From positions 128,001 through 192,000 of the forward strand of contig JBDHKN010000006.1 of the NCBI GenBank assembly GCA_039586365.1: a stretch of 64,000 bases of DNA. The letters run 5' to 3'. The stretch is from Gemmatimonadota bacterium. GTDB taxonomy: Bacteria; Gemmatimonadota; Gemmatimonadetes; Gemmatimonadales; GWC2-71-9. The position numbers were made by a program, and so were the translations under genes. Shown here piece after piece: positions 19,383 through 29,664 of this stretch (the first letter of the stretch is position 1; each line of letters starts with the position of its first letter). Under the pieces are notes generated by a model. It was not told the DNA's origin, ran no database searches, and saw nothing but the letters and a program-made list of their open reading frames with translations.

Positions 19383-20105
19383 CTATAGCGATTGGACACC
19401 CATGGTCACGACATCGTCCACACGTACCGTCTCGTGAGTCATGAATGGTTCGCCAAAGGCAGTCCTGATGAGGCTGCCGTAGTGGGCGTTCTGAGTTCTA
19501 ATGAGGTCGTACAAAGCCTGACCAGTGGGGAAGATCTCCCCGGCAGCGTTCGCACCGTCGAACTGCGAGGAGTAACAGCGAATTGCCGCTAGCTTGGTCT
19601 CAAACTCACCAGATATGTCGACGACGAAGCTCGGCTTCACGGGATCTTCCCGGTAAGACAGGGCGTACAGGACCTTCTCTACGCCGTGAGCCGTACCCCC
19701 GGCCGGGTAGTTGGCGAGTTTGGCCAGGAAACAGGCGTCACGACCGAGTTCTGACGCTGTTCTGTGATCCGGATGGCGACCCGCCGGGAATGGCAGAATC
19801 ACCACTCGAGGGCGGAACTGCCGGATCAACTCAACAACCGTCCTGCGGGTTTCATCGGTGTTGTGCAAGCGGGCATCCGGTAGGCCGGCGTTGATCCGGC
19901 GGGTCACACCCATCACTTGAGCTGCGTCGGCGGCCTCCGTAGCGCGCGTGTCGACAGAACCCCGGGTTCCCGTTTCGCCGCGCGTCAAATCGATGATCCC
20001 TGTGCGACGTCTGGCACGCTGCGCCTTGATGAGCGTTCCACCACACGTCAGCTCCACGTCGTCCGGGTGCGCTGCGATTGCGAGTATATCTACGGTGTCG
20101 GTCAT
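19383..20105 (-). CDS. bshB1: bacillithiol biosynthesis deacetylase (PIG-L family)
   Basis: AHPDDVELTCGGTL, DLTRGETGTRGS, RHPDH. Confidence 0.88.
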   Translation of the reverse strand: MTDTVDILAIAAHPDDVELTCGGTLIKAQRARRRTGIIDLTRGETGTRGSVDTRATEAADAAQVMGVTRRINAGLPDARLHNTDETRRTVVELIRQFRPRVVILPFPAGRHPDHRTASELGRDACFLAKLANYPAGGTAHGVEKVLYALSYREDPVKPSFVVDISGEFETKLAAIRCYSSQFDGANAAGEIFPTGQALYDLIRTQNAHYGSLIRTAFGEPFMTHETVRVDDVVTMGVQSL

Positions 20106-20206
20106 CTGTTCACCCTTGCGTCCTGCTGGTCTGCTCCGCGGTCAATTGGCCGTTGCTTGCTTCCACTGCTGCGCGGCTGAGCCGAGTGAAGTTGCGTTGT
20201 AGCACG

Positions 20207-21454
20207 CTATTCGTATCTCAGCGCTTCGATCGGATCCAGTCTAGCAGCTCGGTATGCCGGCAGCAGCCCGAAAGTCAACCCGATGCCAACCGACACACAA
20301 CATGCGACTGCCGCGCTCCAGATGGGCACGCCGGACGCGAGACCCAGCAAAGATTTCAGGCCCTGTCCAGCAGCGATTCCCACCGCGATCCCGATCAACC
20401 CTCCCAGGCACGTCAAGGTTGCGGCTTCCACCAAGAATTGCCATAGAATCTCACGCCTGGTGGCTCCCACAGCTTTGCGGAGACCAATTTCTCTCGTGCG
20501 ATCGGTTACTGAGACCATCATGATGGCCATGACCCCGATGCCGCCAACCATGAGGGCTACGCTGGAAATGACGATCATGACTAGAAAGAAACCTCCAGCC
20601 AAGTTGTTGAATACGCTGAGGATCTGGTCCGAGGTGATCATGTCGAAAGTGTTCGGCTGCCCCGGTCTCAACCCGCGCATGCGCCTCAGTTGCAGCGTCG
20701 TGGCGTCCATCGCTTGTGACACTGTCACACCCTCCCTCGGTTTGATGAGAAACAACAGAGCGTTGGTCTCGTCAATCCGGAAGTAGCGTCTGGCGGCTTC
20801 GTACGGGACGATTGCGGCGAGTTCTGTGCCTGGCGGCTGGAATATGTTCTCAGGTAGCCGGTAGAGGCCAACCACGCGAAGCGGTTTGCCCCCCACACGA
20901 ACCACCTTTCCGATCGGATGCATCTGTCCGAATATCCGTTCCGCCGCCTCGACCTCGATGACAGCCACGGGCGTACCGGAGCGCACTTCCGTCAGCGTGA
21001 AGCTACGTCCGTCGACGATCTCTCCCCCCAAGATCTCCATGAATCGATCGTCGGCACCATACACACTCGTGAGTTGAGTTCGTACCCCTTCGTACTCAAG
21101 ACGCTCGAGCACCTGAGTCCAGATGGCGGAATAGTGTATCTCGTTTAGGCGCTGGATAGCCTCCGCCTCTTCGCGGCGTAGCACCGGTCGAATGCGCACT
21201 TCCTTGGGCAGCGCATCGGGGTTTACTGGAGTTTGCGAAAAGAATCGAAACACACGAAACGTGGTGGGTCCGACAACCTCGAGCGTGCTGAAGATCTGAT
21301 CGCGTATTCCGCTGACGATTGACGCCATCGCCATTACGGTGGCAACGCCGATGACCACACCCAGGATCGTGAGTGCGGAGCGCAGTTTGTGGGTGCGCAC
21401 TGCATCTGCCGCGATGCTGGCGCCTTCCGTCAGGCTGCTCAGTCTCAGGTGCAC
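20207..21454 (-). CDS. MacB/FtsX-type ABC permease (4th)
   Basis: VGGIGVMAIMMVSVTDRTREIG, RLDPIEALRYE. Confidence 0.92.
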   Translation of the reverse strand: MHLRLSSLTEGASIAADAVRTHKLRSALTILGVVIGVATVMAMASIVSGIRDQIFSTLEVVGPTTFRVFRFFSQTPVNPDALPKEVRIRPVLRREEAEAIQRLNEIHYSAIWTQVLERLEYEGVRTQLTSVYGADDRFMEILGGEIVDGRSFTLTEVRSGTPVAVIEVEAAERIFGQMHPIGKVVRVGGKPLRVVGLYRLPENIFQPPGTELAAIVPYEAARRYFRIDETNALLFLIKPREGVTVSQAMDATTLQLRRMRGLRPGQPNTFDMITSDQILSVFNNLAGGFFLVMIVISSVALMVGGIGVMAIMMVSVTDRTREIGLRKAVGATRREILWQFLVEAATLTCLGGLIGIAVGIAAGQGLKSLLGLASGVPIWSAAVACCVSVGIGLTFGLLPAYRAARLDPIEALRYE

Positions 21455-21455
21455 T

Positions 21456-22700
21456 TCACTCAAACCGTAATGCCTCGATTGGATCGAGTCGCGAGGCTCG
21501 CACGGCTGGGTACACACCGAATATGAGTCCCACGCTCGTCCCGAGCACCAGGGCGACACCCACTGACCAGAGCGTCACCCGGGCTGGCAGTGGGGTGGCG
21601 AGCACGACGATTTGGGCCAGCAGCCACCCTGCTACCGCGCCCAGGAGGCCACCGAGCGTCGCCAGCGCCACCGATTCTGCCAGAAACTGTCGCGCTATGT
21701 CGCCACGCCTGGCCCCCAGCGACTTGCGAATCCCGATCTCACGGGTACGCTCCCTCACTGTCATGAGCATGATGTTCATGATGACGATACCACCGACTAT
21801 GATGCCAATCGCAACCACGGCAGGGACTACGGTGAACAGGACGCTGGTGAGGCTTTCCCAGAATGCTACTAGTCCCTCGGCTGTGTCGACGGTGAAGTCG
21901 TTGGATTCGCTGGGACGCAGCCCATGGGCGATCCGCATGGCCTCCTCAGCCCGGGCCATACCGTCGGCAACGAGAGAGGCCTCGGCCATCTTGACGGAAA
22001 TGACGGAGGTCTGGCGCCGGCCGTATACCATCTCGAACAGGCGAATGGGAAGTAGCACGAAGCCGTCCCACGACTGACCCAGTACGGTCCCCTTCTTTGC
22101 CATCACTCCTTTGACGGTGACCCGCAGTCTTCCCACGCGGATCGTCTTCCCCACCGCCTGGTCGAGACTGTCGAACAATTTGGATCCTACCTCGTAACCC
22201 AACACCGCCACATATCTTCGCTCGTGCACGTCGACCTCACTGAGCGCCTCACCTGCGGCAATCTCGTAGTCCTGCACGACTTGGAACGGCGCTGTTACTC
22301 CAAACACCGACACATCGCCCACGGTTCGGTTACGGTAGGTGACATCGTTGAAGGGGGTGGGCCAGCCGGACTGCAATGCGATCGCCTCAGCGTCGGGCAG
22401 AGCTCGCTCTACAAAAGACAAATCTTCCGGAGCGATGATCGGGCGACGCTGCAGCTCGCGCCATTCCTCATCATCAATCAAGCCAGCCGAGATAGGGATT
22501 CGTCGAATCTGAAAGGCATTCCTGCCGACGATCGCACCTGCGATGTTCTCTCGTACATAGGCATTCATACCCTGTATGATGGCAACTACTGCGACGAGGA
22601 ACGTGACCGAGACGATGATGCCGAGCAGAGTGAAGAACGACCGCAGCTTGTGGGTCGCGATTGATTGCAGGGCGACGCGCAGGGCCTCCAGGATCGGCAT
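21456..22700 (-). CDS. MacB/FtsX-type ABC permease (3rd)
   Basis: VGGIVIMNIMLMTVRERTREIG, RLDPIEALRFE. Confidence 0.92.
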   Translation of the reverse strand: MPILEALRVALQSIATHKLRSFFTLLGIIVSVTFLVAVVAIIQGMNAYVRENIAGAIVGRNAFQIRRIPISAGLIDDEEWRELQRRPIIAPEDLSFVERALPDAEAIALQSGWPTPFNDVTYRNRTVGDVSVFGVTAPFQVVQDYEIAAGEALSEVDVHERRYVAVLGYEVGSKLFDSLDQAVGKTIRVGRLRVTVKGVMAKKGTVLGQSWDGFVLLPIRLFEMVYGRRQTSVISVKMAEASLVADGMARAEEAMRIAHGLRPSESNDFTVDTAEGLVAFWESLTSVLFTVVPAVVAIGIIVGGIVIMNIMLMTVRERTREIGIRKSLGARRGDIARQFLAESVALATLGGLLGAVAGWLLAQIVVLATPLPARVTLWSVGVALVLGTSVGLIFGVYPAVRASRLDPIEALRFE

Positions 22701-22786
22701 TCAATCAATCTAGACAGGGCAGCGAGACCTGGGGCTCGTCTCTGTCCCTTCCTCTCCACCGAGGAGCGTGCTGGGGCAAGCTGCCC

Positions 22787-24007
22787 TTACTCGTACCGGA
22801 GTGCCTCCACTGGATCCAGTCGTGCCGCGCGGGCCGCCGGGAATATCCCGAACACGATTCCGGTGAATACGGACGCTGTCAGCGCGACTACAATCGACCA
22901 AAGCGGTATCTTGGCCGGGATCGGTGTGGCGTGGGAGACTATGAAGCTAATCACACCTCCCAAGACAAGGCCGATAGCCCCGCCAATCAGCGTGAGAGTG
23001 GCTGCTTCGACCAAGAACTGCCAGAGGACCTCGCGACGCTTCGCACCAATGGCCTTACGCACACCGATTTCTCGGGTTCGCTCCGTAACCGAGATCATCA
23101 TGATTGCCACCACGCCGACGCCACCGACCATCAAACCGACGCTCGAGAGCACGAACATCACCAGGAAGAAGATTCCGGTGACTTGGTTCCAGTTCTCCAA
23201 GGCCTGGTCTTGTGTGACGATTCCGAAATTGTTGTCGTCGCCCGGTCGCAAGCGACGGAACGATCGCATCGCGGCGATCACGTCCTCCGTAGCCTCATGG
23301 ACTGGGACGTTGTCCGCGGGTGAGACGAAGAAGACGAGGTCGGCCCGATACTGGCGAATGTACTTGACGAAGGCGCCCTGCGGGACGACTACCAAGGGAC
23401 GATTCCCCTGGTTGAAGATGTCTGGTGGTGGCTGGTAGATACCGATGACGCGAAATGGCACGCCCCTGACCTTGATCCTTTGGCCGATCGGATCGCGCAA
23501 TCCAAACAGTTCGTCTGACAGTTTCTGATTGATCACCACGATTCTGCTGCCGGCCTCAGCCTCCAAGTTCGTGTAGGATCTGCCCGGGTAGACATCTCCC
23601 CCCATGACACGGGCCCAGCCGGCGCTGCGTCCTCTTATATCCACCGAGCTGAGTTTCTGGCTGCCAAACTCCACCTCACCGCCCGAGTACTCCTCCACCA
23701 CCAAGGTGGCTATCGTTGGCAACTCCCTGAGGCGCTCGGCTTCGTCCAGTGTCAGCGGTGGCGCTCTGTAATAGTCGCTGTCGTCGAAGACAACACCGGT
23801 CTGGGGTGAACGCTGCACAAAAAAGGTGCGCGGTCCCAGTTGGTTGAAGATGTCCTCGACACCGGCGTTGATGCCTGTGATGATCGATCCTATGAGCACA
23901 ACCACCATTACACCGATTGCGATGCCGAGAATCGTCAGGGCTGCACGGGCCTTGCTGGCTCGCAGCGAGCCGATGGCAATGCCGACACCCTCGAAAAGCT
24001 GAGTCAT
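22787..24007 (-). CDS. MacB/FtsX-type ABC permease (2nd)
   Basis: VGGVGVVAIMMISVTERTREIG, RLDPVEALRYE. Confidence 0.92.
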   Translation of the reverse strand: MTQLFEGVGIAIGSLRASKARAALTILGIAIGVMVVVLIGSIITGINAGVEDIFNQLGPRTFFVQRSPQTGVVFDDSDYYRAPPLTLDEAERLRELPTIATLVVEEYSGGEVEFGSQKLSSVDIRGRSAGWARVMGGDVYPGRSYTNLEAEAGSRIVVINQKLSDELFGLRDPIGQRIKVRGVPFRVIGIYQPPPDIFNQGNRPLVVVPQGAFVKYIRQYRADLVFFVSPADNVPVHEATEDVIAAMRSFRRLRPGDDNNFGIVTQDQALENWNQVTGIFFLVMFVLSSVGLMVGGVGVVAIMMISVTERTREIGVRKAIGAKRREVLWQFLVEAATLTLIGGAIGLVLGGVISFIVSHATPIPAKIPLWSIVVALTASVFTGIVFGIFPAARAARLDPVEALRYE

Positions 24008-24009
24008 GG

Positions 24010-25248
24010 CTACTCCTGTCGCATTGCCTCGACCGGGTCGAGTCGTGCGGCGCGACTCGCCGGGTACAGGCCGGCCGCAATCCCCACCCCCGCTCCGAGC
24101 AGGACGCCAACGACTATCGACCAGGGCGCTACGCTGGCAGGCAGTGGTGTCGTCATGTCGACGATCGCGGCAACCGCGAGGCCGAATCCGATACCGATTG
24201 CCGCACCGAGCGTTGCCAGCAGTGCCGACTCCACAAGGAACTGTCGCAGGATATCCCGGCGCCGCGCCCCCAGGGACTTCCGGATGCCAATCTCTCGGGT
24301 GCGCTCGGCTACCGACATCAGCATGATATTCATGATCACTATCCCTCCCACAACCAGAGATATGCTCACTAACCCTGGCAGGACAGCGAACATGATTCGG
24401 TTTATCTGACCCCAGAAATCCAGCACTCCGGCGGCCGACTCGAGGGCAAAGCTGTTGTCCTGCGCCGGTCTGAGATGCCGACGACTCCGCATGACTGCCT
24501 CAACGTCGGCCATCGCGGTTTGCATGTCTTCCGGTGACTGTGCCTTGACCAGGAGGACATCCACAACCCGGGGGGGATTCGCGAAGCGTTTGACGGGCGA
24601 CAGAGCTGGAGCCACGGCGAACTCGTCGAGTGAGAAGCCGAAGATATTGCCCTGACTCTCTACCACCCCGATTACGCGGTAGGGGAGTCCTCTAATCGTT
24701 ATCTCGCGTCCCAGTGGATCCAGGTTCTCGAATAGACCTTCCGCGACTTCGCTGCCGATGACCACAACCGGCTGTCCATTGCGCACTTCTTGGCTGCTGA
24801 AAGCCCTACCGAACTCTATGGTCCAGTTCCTGACTTCGAAGTAGTCCTCAGTGGCGCCGATTACGCGGATCCGCGCGGATTTGTCGCGATAGGCAACCTC
24901 AGCACTCGTGTTTGACTCCCACGCGGTGCTAGCCGGCACCGTAATGGCTGCTGCGGCTGCCCGAGCATCGTCGTATGTGATGCGTGGGCGCCTGCGCCAC
25001 TCCCGCCAGGTATCCGGCGAAATGTTGCCGGCGTTGAAATCGGGATAGCGACGGAGCTGAAACGTGTTGGCCCCCAGGAAATTGCCCGCCACCTGATCGG
25101 TCATATAGCGATTCATTCCCTGGACAATCGTGACCACCGCGATCAAGAACATGACACCGATGAACACTCCGATCACGGCGAAGATACTCTTCATCTTGTT
25201 CGCCCAGATCACTTGCAGAGCGAGCCGAAAGGCCTCTCGGAGTGGCAT
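24010..25248 (-). CDS. MacB/FtsX-type ABC permease (1st)
   Basis: VGGIVIMNIMLMSVAERTREIG, RLDPVEAMRQE. Confidence 0.92.
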   Translation of the reverse strand: MPLREAFRLALQVIWANKMKSIFAVIGVFIGVMFLIAVVTIVQGMNRYMTDQVAGNFLGANTFQLRRYPDFNAGNISPDTWREWRRRPRITYDDARAAAAAITVPASTAWESNTSAEVAYRDKSARIRVIGATEDYFEVRNWTIEFGRAFSSQEVRNGQPVVVIGSEVAEGLFENLDPLGREITIRGLPYRVIGVVESQGNIFGFSLDEFAVAPALSPVKRFANPPRVVDVLLVKAQSPEDMQTAMADVEAVMRSRRHLRPAQDNSFALESAAGVLDFWGQINRIMFAVLPGLVSISLVVGGIVIMNIMLMSVAERTREIGIRKSLGARRRDILRQFLVESALLATLGAAIGIGFGLAVAAIVDMTTPLPASVAPWSIVVGVLLGAGVGIAAGLYPASRAARLDPVEAMRQE

Positions 25249-25251
25249 TTG

Positions 25252-25950
25252 CTACGCCGCTTCCCGCATTGTGTCACTGTGGATCGCGCCATCGAGCAGC
25301 GTGATGACTCGGTGGGCCCGCGCGGCAATGTCACGCTCGTGTGTGACCATCACGATCGTCTGTCCCTGGCGGTGAAGCTCGTCGAAGACTGACATAATCT
25401 CACCGCTGGTGGCCGAGTCGAGGTTCCCGGTGGGCTCATCAGCCAGGAGAATGCTGGGCTGGTTCACCAGCCCGCGAGCGATGGCTACCCGTTGCCGCTG
25501 CCCGCCCGACAGCTCGCTGGGTTTGTGACCCATGCGGTCTGCCAGCCCCACCCGCTGCAGTGCCGTGACGGCACGCTCACGGCGGATACTCGCCCGCACT
25601 CCGGCGTAGATGAGAGGTAGCTCCACATTGTGCAGTGCACTGGCTCGGGGCAGGAGGTTGAACGTCTGAAACACGAATCCTATCTCACGATTGCGGACAC
25701 GAGCCAGCTCATCGTCATCCATCTGTGACACTTCTACTCCATTGAGCCAGTACTCTCCCGCTGTGGGAGTGTCAAGACACCCGATCAGATTCATCAGCGT
25801 AGATTTTCCTGAACCGGAGGGCCCCATGATCGCTACGTATTCGTTGGGGCGTATCTCTGTGCTCACGCCTCTCAGTGCCTGCACTATCTCCGCGTCCATG
25901 CGGTACTCACGCTCGAGCTGCCGGACTCGGATCAGGGCCGCTCCGCTCAT
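25252..25950 (-). CDS. ABC transporter ATP-binding protein (MacB/LolD-like)
   Basis: [27 protein letters not shown]. Confidence 0.95.
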   Translation of the reverse strand: MSGAALIRVRQLEREYRMDAEIVQALRGVSTEIRPNEYVAIMGPSGSGKSTLMNLIGCLDTPTAGEYWLNGVEVSQMDDDELARVRNREIGFVFQTFNLLPRASALHNVELPLIYAGVRASIRRERAVTALQRVGLADRMGHKPSELSGGQRQRVAIARGLVNQPSILLADEPTGNLDSATSGEIMSVFDELHRQGQTIVMVTHERDIAARAHRVITLLDGAIHSDTMREAA

Positions 25951-27191
25951 GACCCTGTCTCTCCACTGCCGGGCTCCCCCATCGCACGCACCCGCGTGCT
26001 GTCCCGGAGATCCCTGATTGTCTGGTACGGGCCCGCTACGATCGTATCTCCTGCCGCAAGCCCCTCGAGTACCTCGAAATGCTCCTCGCCGGCTATCCCT
26101 GCCTTCACGGGGCGGAACTGGGCTATGCCATCAACCACCACGAACACTCCTTCAGTCTCCTTGGTCGTGGTGTCCTGCGGAGCAGTCTCAGTCGAGATTG
26201 GTGTGTGCTCGCGGACGGTTAGGGCGATGATCGGGATGCTCAGAGCACTGTCACGAGTCGCGGTGACGATCTTGGCGGTCGCCGAGAGATCGGGCCGGAT
26301 GTCGGCGGGCGGATTGTCGATTGTCACCTCGACGTCGTAGTCAACCGCTTGATCTCCGGTTGCTCCGGCTGCGGCAAGGCGGACCGAGCTCCGGGAAATC
26401 ATGGTGACTCGCCCCGTGAACACGGTGTCAGGATAGGCGTCGATCTCGACATCGGTCGAGTCCTGCAGGTGGAGTCTGACGACGTCGGTCTCATCAACTC
26501 TCACGTTCACCTGGATGACGGAGAGATCGCTCACGGTCATGAGGAGACCGGTCTCGCGCGAGAAGGTGCCAGGCACCGCAACTTCGCCTTCCTCAACTGC
26601 GAGTCGCGTGACCTGCCCGTCCATGGGCGACCTGAGGATCGTCTTGGCGAGTTGTTCCTCGGCCTCTTGGAGGGCTGCCCGAGCCTGAGCGACTTGATGT
26701 TCGCCAGAATTGGCAATTGCCTCCGCAACGTCGAAGTTGGTTCGGGCCTGCTCCAGCTGCTCGTCCGAGACGAGCGTCGAGTCAGTGTTTCTGAGCCGTT
26801 CGGAACGTTCGAACGTGCGCCTCGCCTGATCGCGGTTGGCGCCCGCTTGCAGCGCCGAGGCCTGAGCGGAGGCCAGGCTAGCCTGGGCCCGGGCCACAGC
26901 AGCCTCGTATTGCGACGGGTCGATACGAACCAGCAGATCACCTCGCTCGACCCAATCGCCCTCCTCAACCGGGAGTTCGATGATGCGGCCTGTGATATCC
27001 GCACTGATATCAACCTGGCGGGTGGGCTGGATCTGCCCGCTTGCCGTTACGGTTGCCACCAGCGACCGGTGTTCCACCGCTTCGAGCCGAACTGACGTAG
27101 CGCTTTCACCCCGCGACGCGTTCAATGCGATGAGCACGATGAGGGCCAGTGCCCCACCACCAGCAATCATCAATTTCTTTCTTCCTGACAT
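25947..27191 (-). CDS. efflux periplasmic adaptor (MacA-like)
   Basis: N-terminal TM, lipoyl halves ([20 protein letters not shown]), alpha-hairpin. Confidence 0.92.
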   Translation of the reverse strand: MSGRKKLMIAGGGALALIVLIALNASRGESATSVRLEAVEHRSLVATVTASGQIQPTRQVDISADITGRIIELPVEEGDWVERGDLLVRIDPSQYEAAVARAQASLASAQASALQAGANRDQARRTFERSERLRNTDSTLVSDEQLEQARTNFDVAEAIANSGEHQVAQARAALQEAEEQLAKTILRSPMDGQVTRLAVEEGEVAVPGTFSRETGLLMTVSDLSVIQVNVRVDETDVVRLHLQDSTDVEIDAYPDTVFTGRVTMISRSSVRLAAAGATGDQAVDYDVEVTIDNPPADIRPDLSATAKIVTATRDSALSIPIIALTVREHTPISTETAPQDTTTKETEGVFVVVDGIAQFRPVKAGIAGEEHFEVLEGLAAGDTIVAGPYQTIRDLRDSTRVRAMGEPGSGETGS

Positions 27192-27208
27192 TATGCGTAT
27201 CTCTTCCC

Positions 27209-28732
27209 CTAACGCAGCGGTCTACCGACTGCCGCTTCGAGCATAGCGATGGACTGGTGATAGGCGTAGACCGCGTTTATGTAGTCCCGTTCGGCGGTCT
27301 CCGCAGCCAGTTGCGCGTCTAGCAGTTCGAAGAAGGTCCCGGATCCGACCCGGTACCGTTCGGTCGCCAGCGTGAGTCCTTCGCTGGCGGCAACTCGATT
27401 CTGTTCTTGGATGCCAATTCCCTCGTAGGATGCGAGCAGGCCATAGTAGGCCTGGCTCACCGCTGTGCGCACGTCCAATTCCCTGGCACGGACGGCTTCC
27501 CGCGCGTCGGCTTCCTGGGCACTGGCCTGAGAATTCCTCATAGGGCGGCTGAATTGGGTAAAGATGGGGAACGAGATCCCCATCGAGGCGCTGAAGGGCT
27601 GTCTGGTGAAGCCCCAGGGGAAGCCAGTGTTTTGACCCTCGATGGCCTGGCGCAGCGACGCCTCGTCAGCGGGCCCGAATTCAAACAGCGAACAGTCCAG
27701 AGGGTTCACCGTGGGTGTGGCCAACCCGGCGATGATGTCGTTCTGGAACTCACACGCCAGAATGTTGGTGGCGGCGTTCTCCTCCGCCCCCAGAATCGAA
27801 TTCTGGATGATCGGCTCGGGGTCGGTGAACTGCTGCGTGTATCCCGACCACCCGGCGGAGAACGACAGTGAGGGTAGCCACTCGGACTTGACGGCGCGCT
27901 CGTTGGCCTTGGCGGAGGAGTGCCGGGCACGGAGTGCCATGAGATCCGGATTGAAGTCCAGGGCGTCACCCAGAAGACCGGACAACTCCCACTGCGGCTC
28001 TGCAATCGGGAAGGTGTCCGACAGCGTCAGGGCGGTGGGATCATCGGGGGCCGGCACACCCATCTGCTGGAACAGCCGGAGCTTTTCGACTACTACGGCC
28101 TGCCTGTACTGGAGCCGTGAGATCTCAGCTTGACCGAGGGCCACTTCAGCCTGACGGACGTCGAGGATGGTGTTCTGACCCACCTCGTAGCGGGCCCGAG
28201 CCAGGCGCAGGAACTCCTCGTTGCGAGTCACCTGGACCTCGGCCAACTCTACCTGAGCCTCAGACTGAAGAACTGCCAAATACTGCTGCCTTATCTGCGA
28301 CTCGAGGTTGATCTCTGCACCGGTGAAGCTCGCGTCCGCTGCTCTCAGCTGGGCTCGAGCCAGACCTGGCTGCAGCAATGTTCGGCCGCTTACGGATAGC
28401 GACAAACGCAGGTTGTAGGTGGAGCCCACGGTGGACGACCGTTGCTGAAAGGAGGTCGTCAAGAAGTTCTGAGTCCCGGGACCCGAGTAGCCAATCCCCC
28501 CGGACAGGTTGAGCGTGGGTAGGAAGGATGCGTAGGCATTGCGAACCCCCCACGCGGCCGGCGCCCGGTCGTTGTCGAATTGGCGCAGAGCCGGGTTGTA
28601 GCGACTCGCCATGTCGATAGCGTCCCGCAGCGACAGACTCTGCGGCACTGGTGGCGGAGTCACCTGACTCCACAGTGCACTTGGAGCGCACAGCACCGCT
28701 GCAACGAGCAGGATCAATGCAGAGCGTTTCAT
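27209..28732 (-). CDS. TolC family outer membrane efflux protein
   Basis: Signal peptide; two OEP repeats (ARYEVG...LDVRQA; ERYRVG...ELLDAQ). Confidence 0.92.
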   Translation of the reverse strand: MKRSALILLVAAVLCAPSALWSQVTPPPVPQSLSLRDAIDMASRYNPALRQFDNDRAPAAWGVRNAYASFLPTLNLSGGIGYSGPGTQNFLTTSFQQRSSTVGSTYNLRLSLSVSGRTLLQPGLARAQLRAADASFTGAEINLESQIRQQYLAVLQSEAQVELAEVQVTRNEEFLRLARARYEVGQNTILDVRQAEVALGQAEISRLQYRQAVVVEKLRLFQQMGVPAPDDPTALTLSDTFPIAEPQWELSGLLGDALDFNPDLMALRARHSSAKANERAVKSEWLPSLSFSAGWSGYTQQFTDPEPIIQNSILGAEENAATNILACEFQNDIIAGLATPTVNPLDCSLFEFGPADEASLRQAIEGQNTGFPWGFTRQPFSASMGISFPIFTQFSRPMRNSQASAQEADAREAVRARELDVRTAVSQAYYGLLASYEGIGIQEQNRVAASEGLTLATERYRVGSGTFFELLDAQLAAETAERDYINAVYAYHQSIAMLEAAVGRPLR

Positions 28733-28785
28733 GCCTTCACCTTCTGTTGTTAACTATGCGAAGTTGATATCCGTCCAACCTGACC

Positions 28786-28812
28786 TACGGCACACCCTGG
28801 TGCGGGGTTTCA
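28786..28812 (-). promoter_or_regulatory. ECF-sigma-type promoter TGAAAC-N17-CGTA
   Basis: Matches SigW/SigM-class consensus, about 55 nt upstream of the TolC start. Confidence 0.55.
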
Positions 28813-28971
28813 ACCCGAGACATCAGCGGTAAGCAGCTGACAGGCGCAAGCGCCAACGATAGCTACACTGGTTCATCTTCGCTAACGGTCAGTACAAAGA
28901 ACTTTAATATGCAAAGTTACTTCCAGCGTAGGGTGTTACGGTACTTCTTGCTGGACATCGAACCCTCGTGC

Positions 28972-29664
28972 TCACTCTTTTGGTTGCCGAACTGCGCCCA
29001 AAACGGTGGAGGGAAAGTCGAACATAATCAGGCGACCCTGCTCGTCGTACCAAAGGTGGCGTACCTCACCGCCCGCGCTCAGGGTAACATGTCTCAGGGA
29101 ACGTTCTATTCCCCGCACGTCGGTCAGCTCGACGCCATGGTCGTCCAGCGTGGCGACGCTGCGCTCCCCGGCGCGGGCGTCGATTAGCGTGACCGTACCG
29201 TCGGACCCGCCAGGCAGGAATGCGAATGTGGCGATCAAGAACTCATCGAGGACGATGGTGCGGTCTGTAGCCGGGAACTGTCGGGCGGATTCCCCATGTG
29301 GTGTGACTGTACGGATGGTCACGCGGCGGGGACTGAACGAGACGAGTGTGCTCGGCCGGTCCTCACTGTCTAAATCCAGGCGGGCGGCCGCTAGCACTGT
29401 GTCAAGCGCAAACTCGAGGGTCGAAGCCAATATCGCGGCTGACCGGTCAGCCGGGTAATAGGAGCTGGCCGTCAGTGTGAAGCCGCGTCCACCCGACTGG
29501 CGGCCTCGTCGCAGGACGAACTCCTCCCGGCCCACCACTTCCGAACCACGAGTGATGACGAATGTCGCCCGGTCCAGCACAGCCCCTTGAACCACCGCCG
29601 GACCAACTGCGGATGGTATCAGCGCTGCGACGGCAGCGAGAACGAGGGAGGTCAGGTATTTCAT
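28972..29664 (-). CDS. secreted hypothetical protein (beta-rich)
   Basis: Signal peptide; ends in LWYDEQGRLI, a common secreted beta-sheet motif. Confidence 0.7.
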   Translation of the reverse strand: MKYLTSLVLAAVAALIPSAVGPAVVQGAVLDRATFVITRGSEVVGREEFVLRRGRQSGGRGFTLTASSYYPADRSAAILASTLEFALDTVLAAARLDLDSEDRPSTLVSFSPRRVTIRTVTPHGESARQFPATDRTIVLDEFLIATFAFLPGGSDGTVTLIDARAGERSVATLDDHGVELTDVRGIERSLRHVTLSAGGEVRHLWYDEQGRLIMFDFPSTVLGAVRQPKE

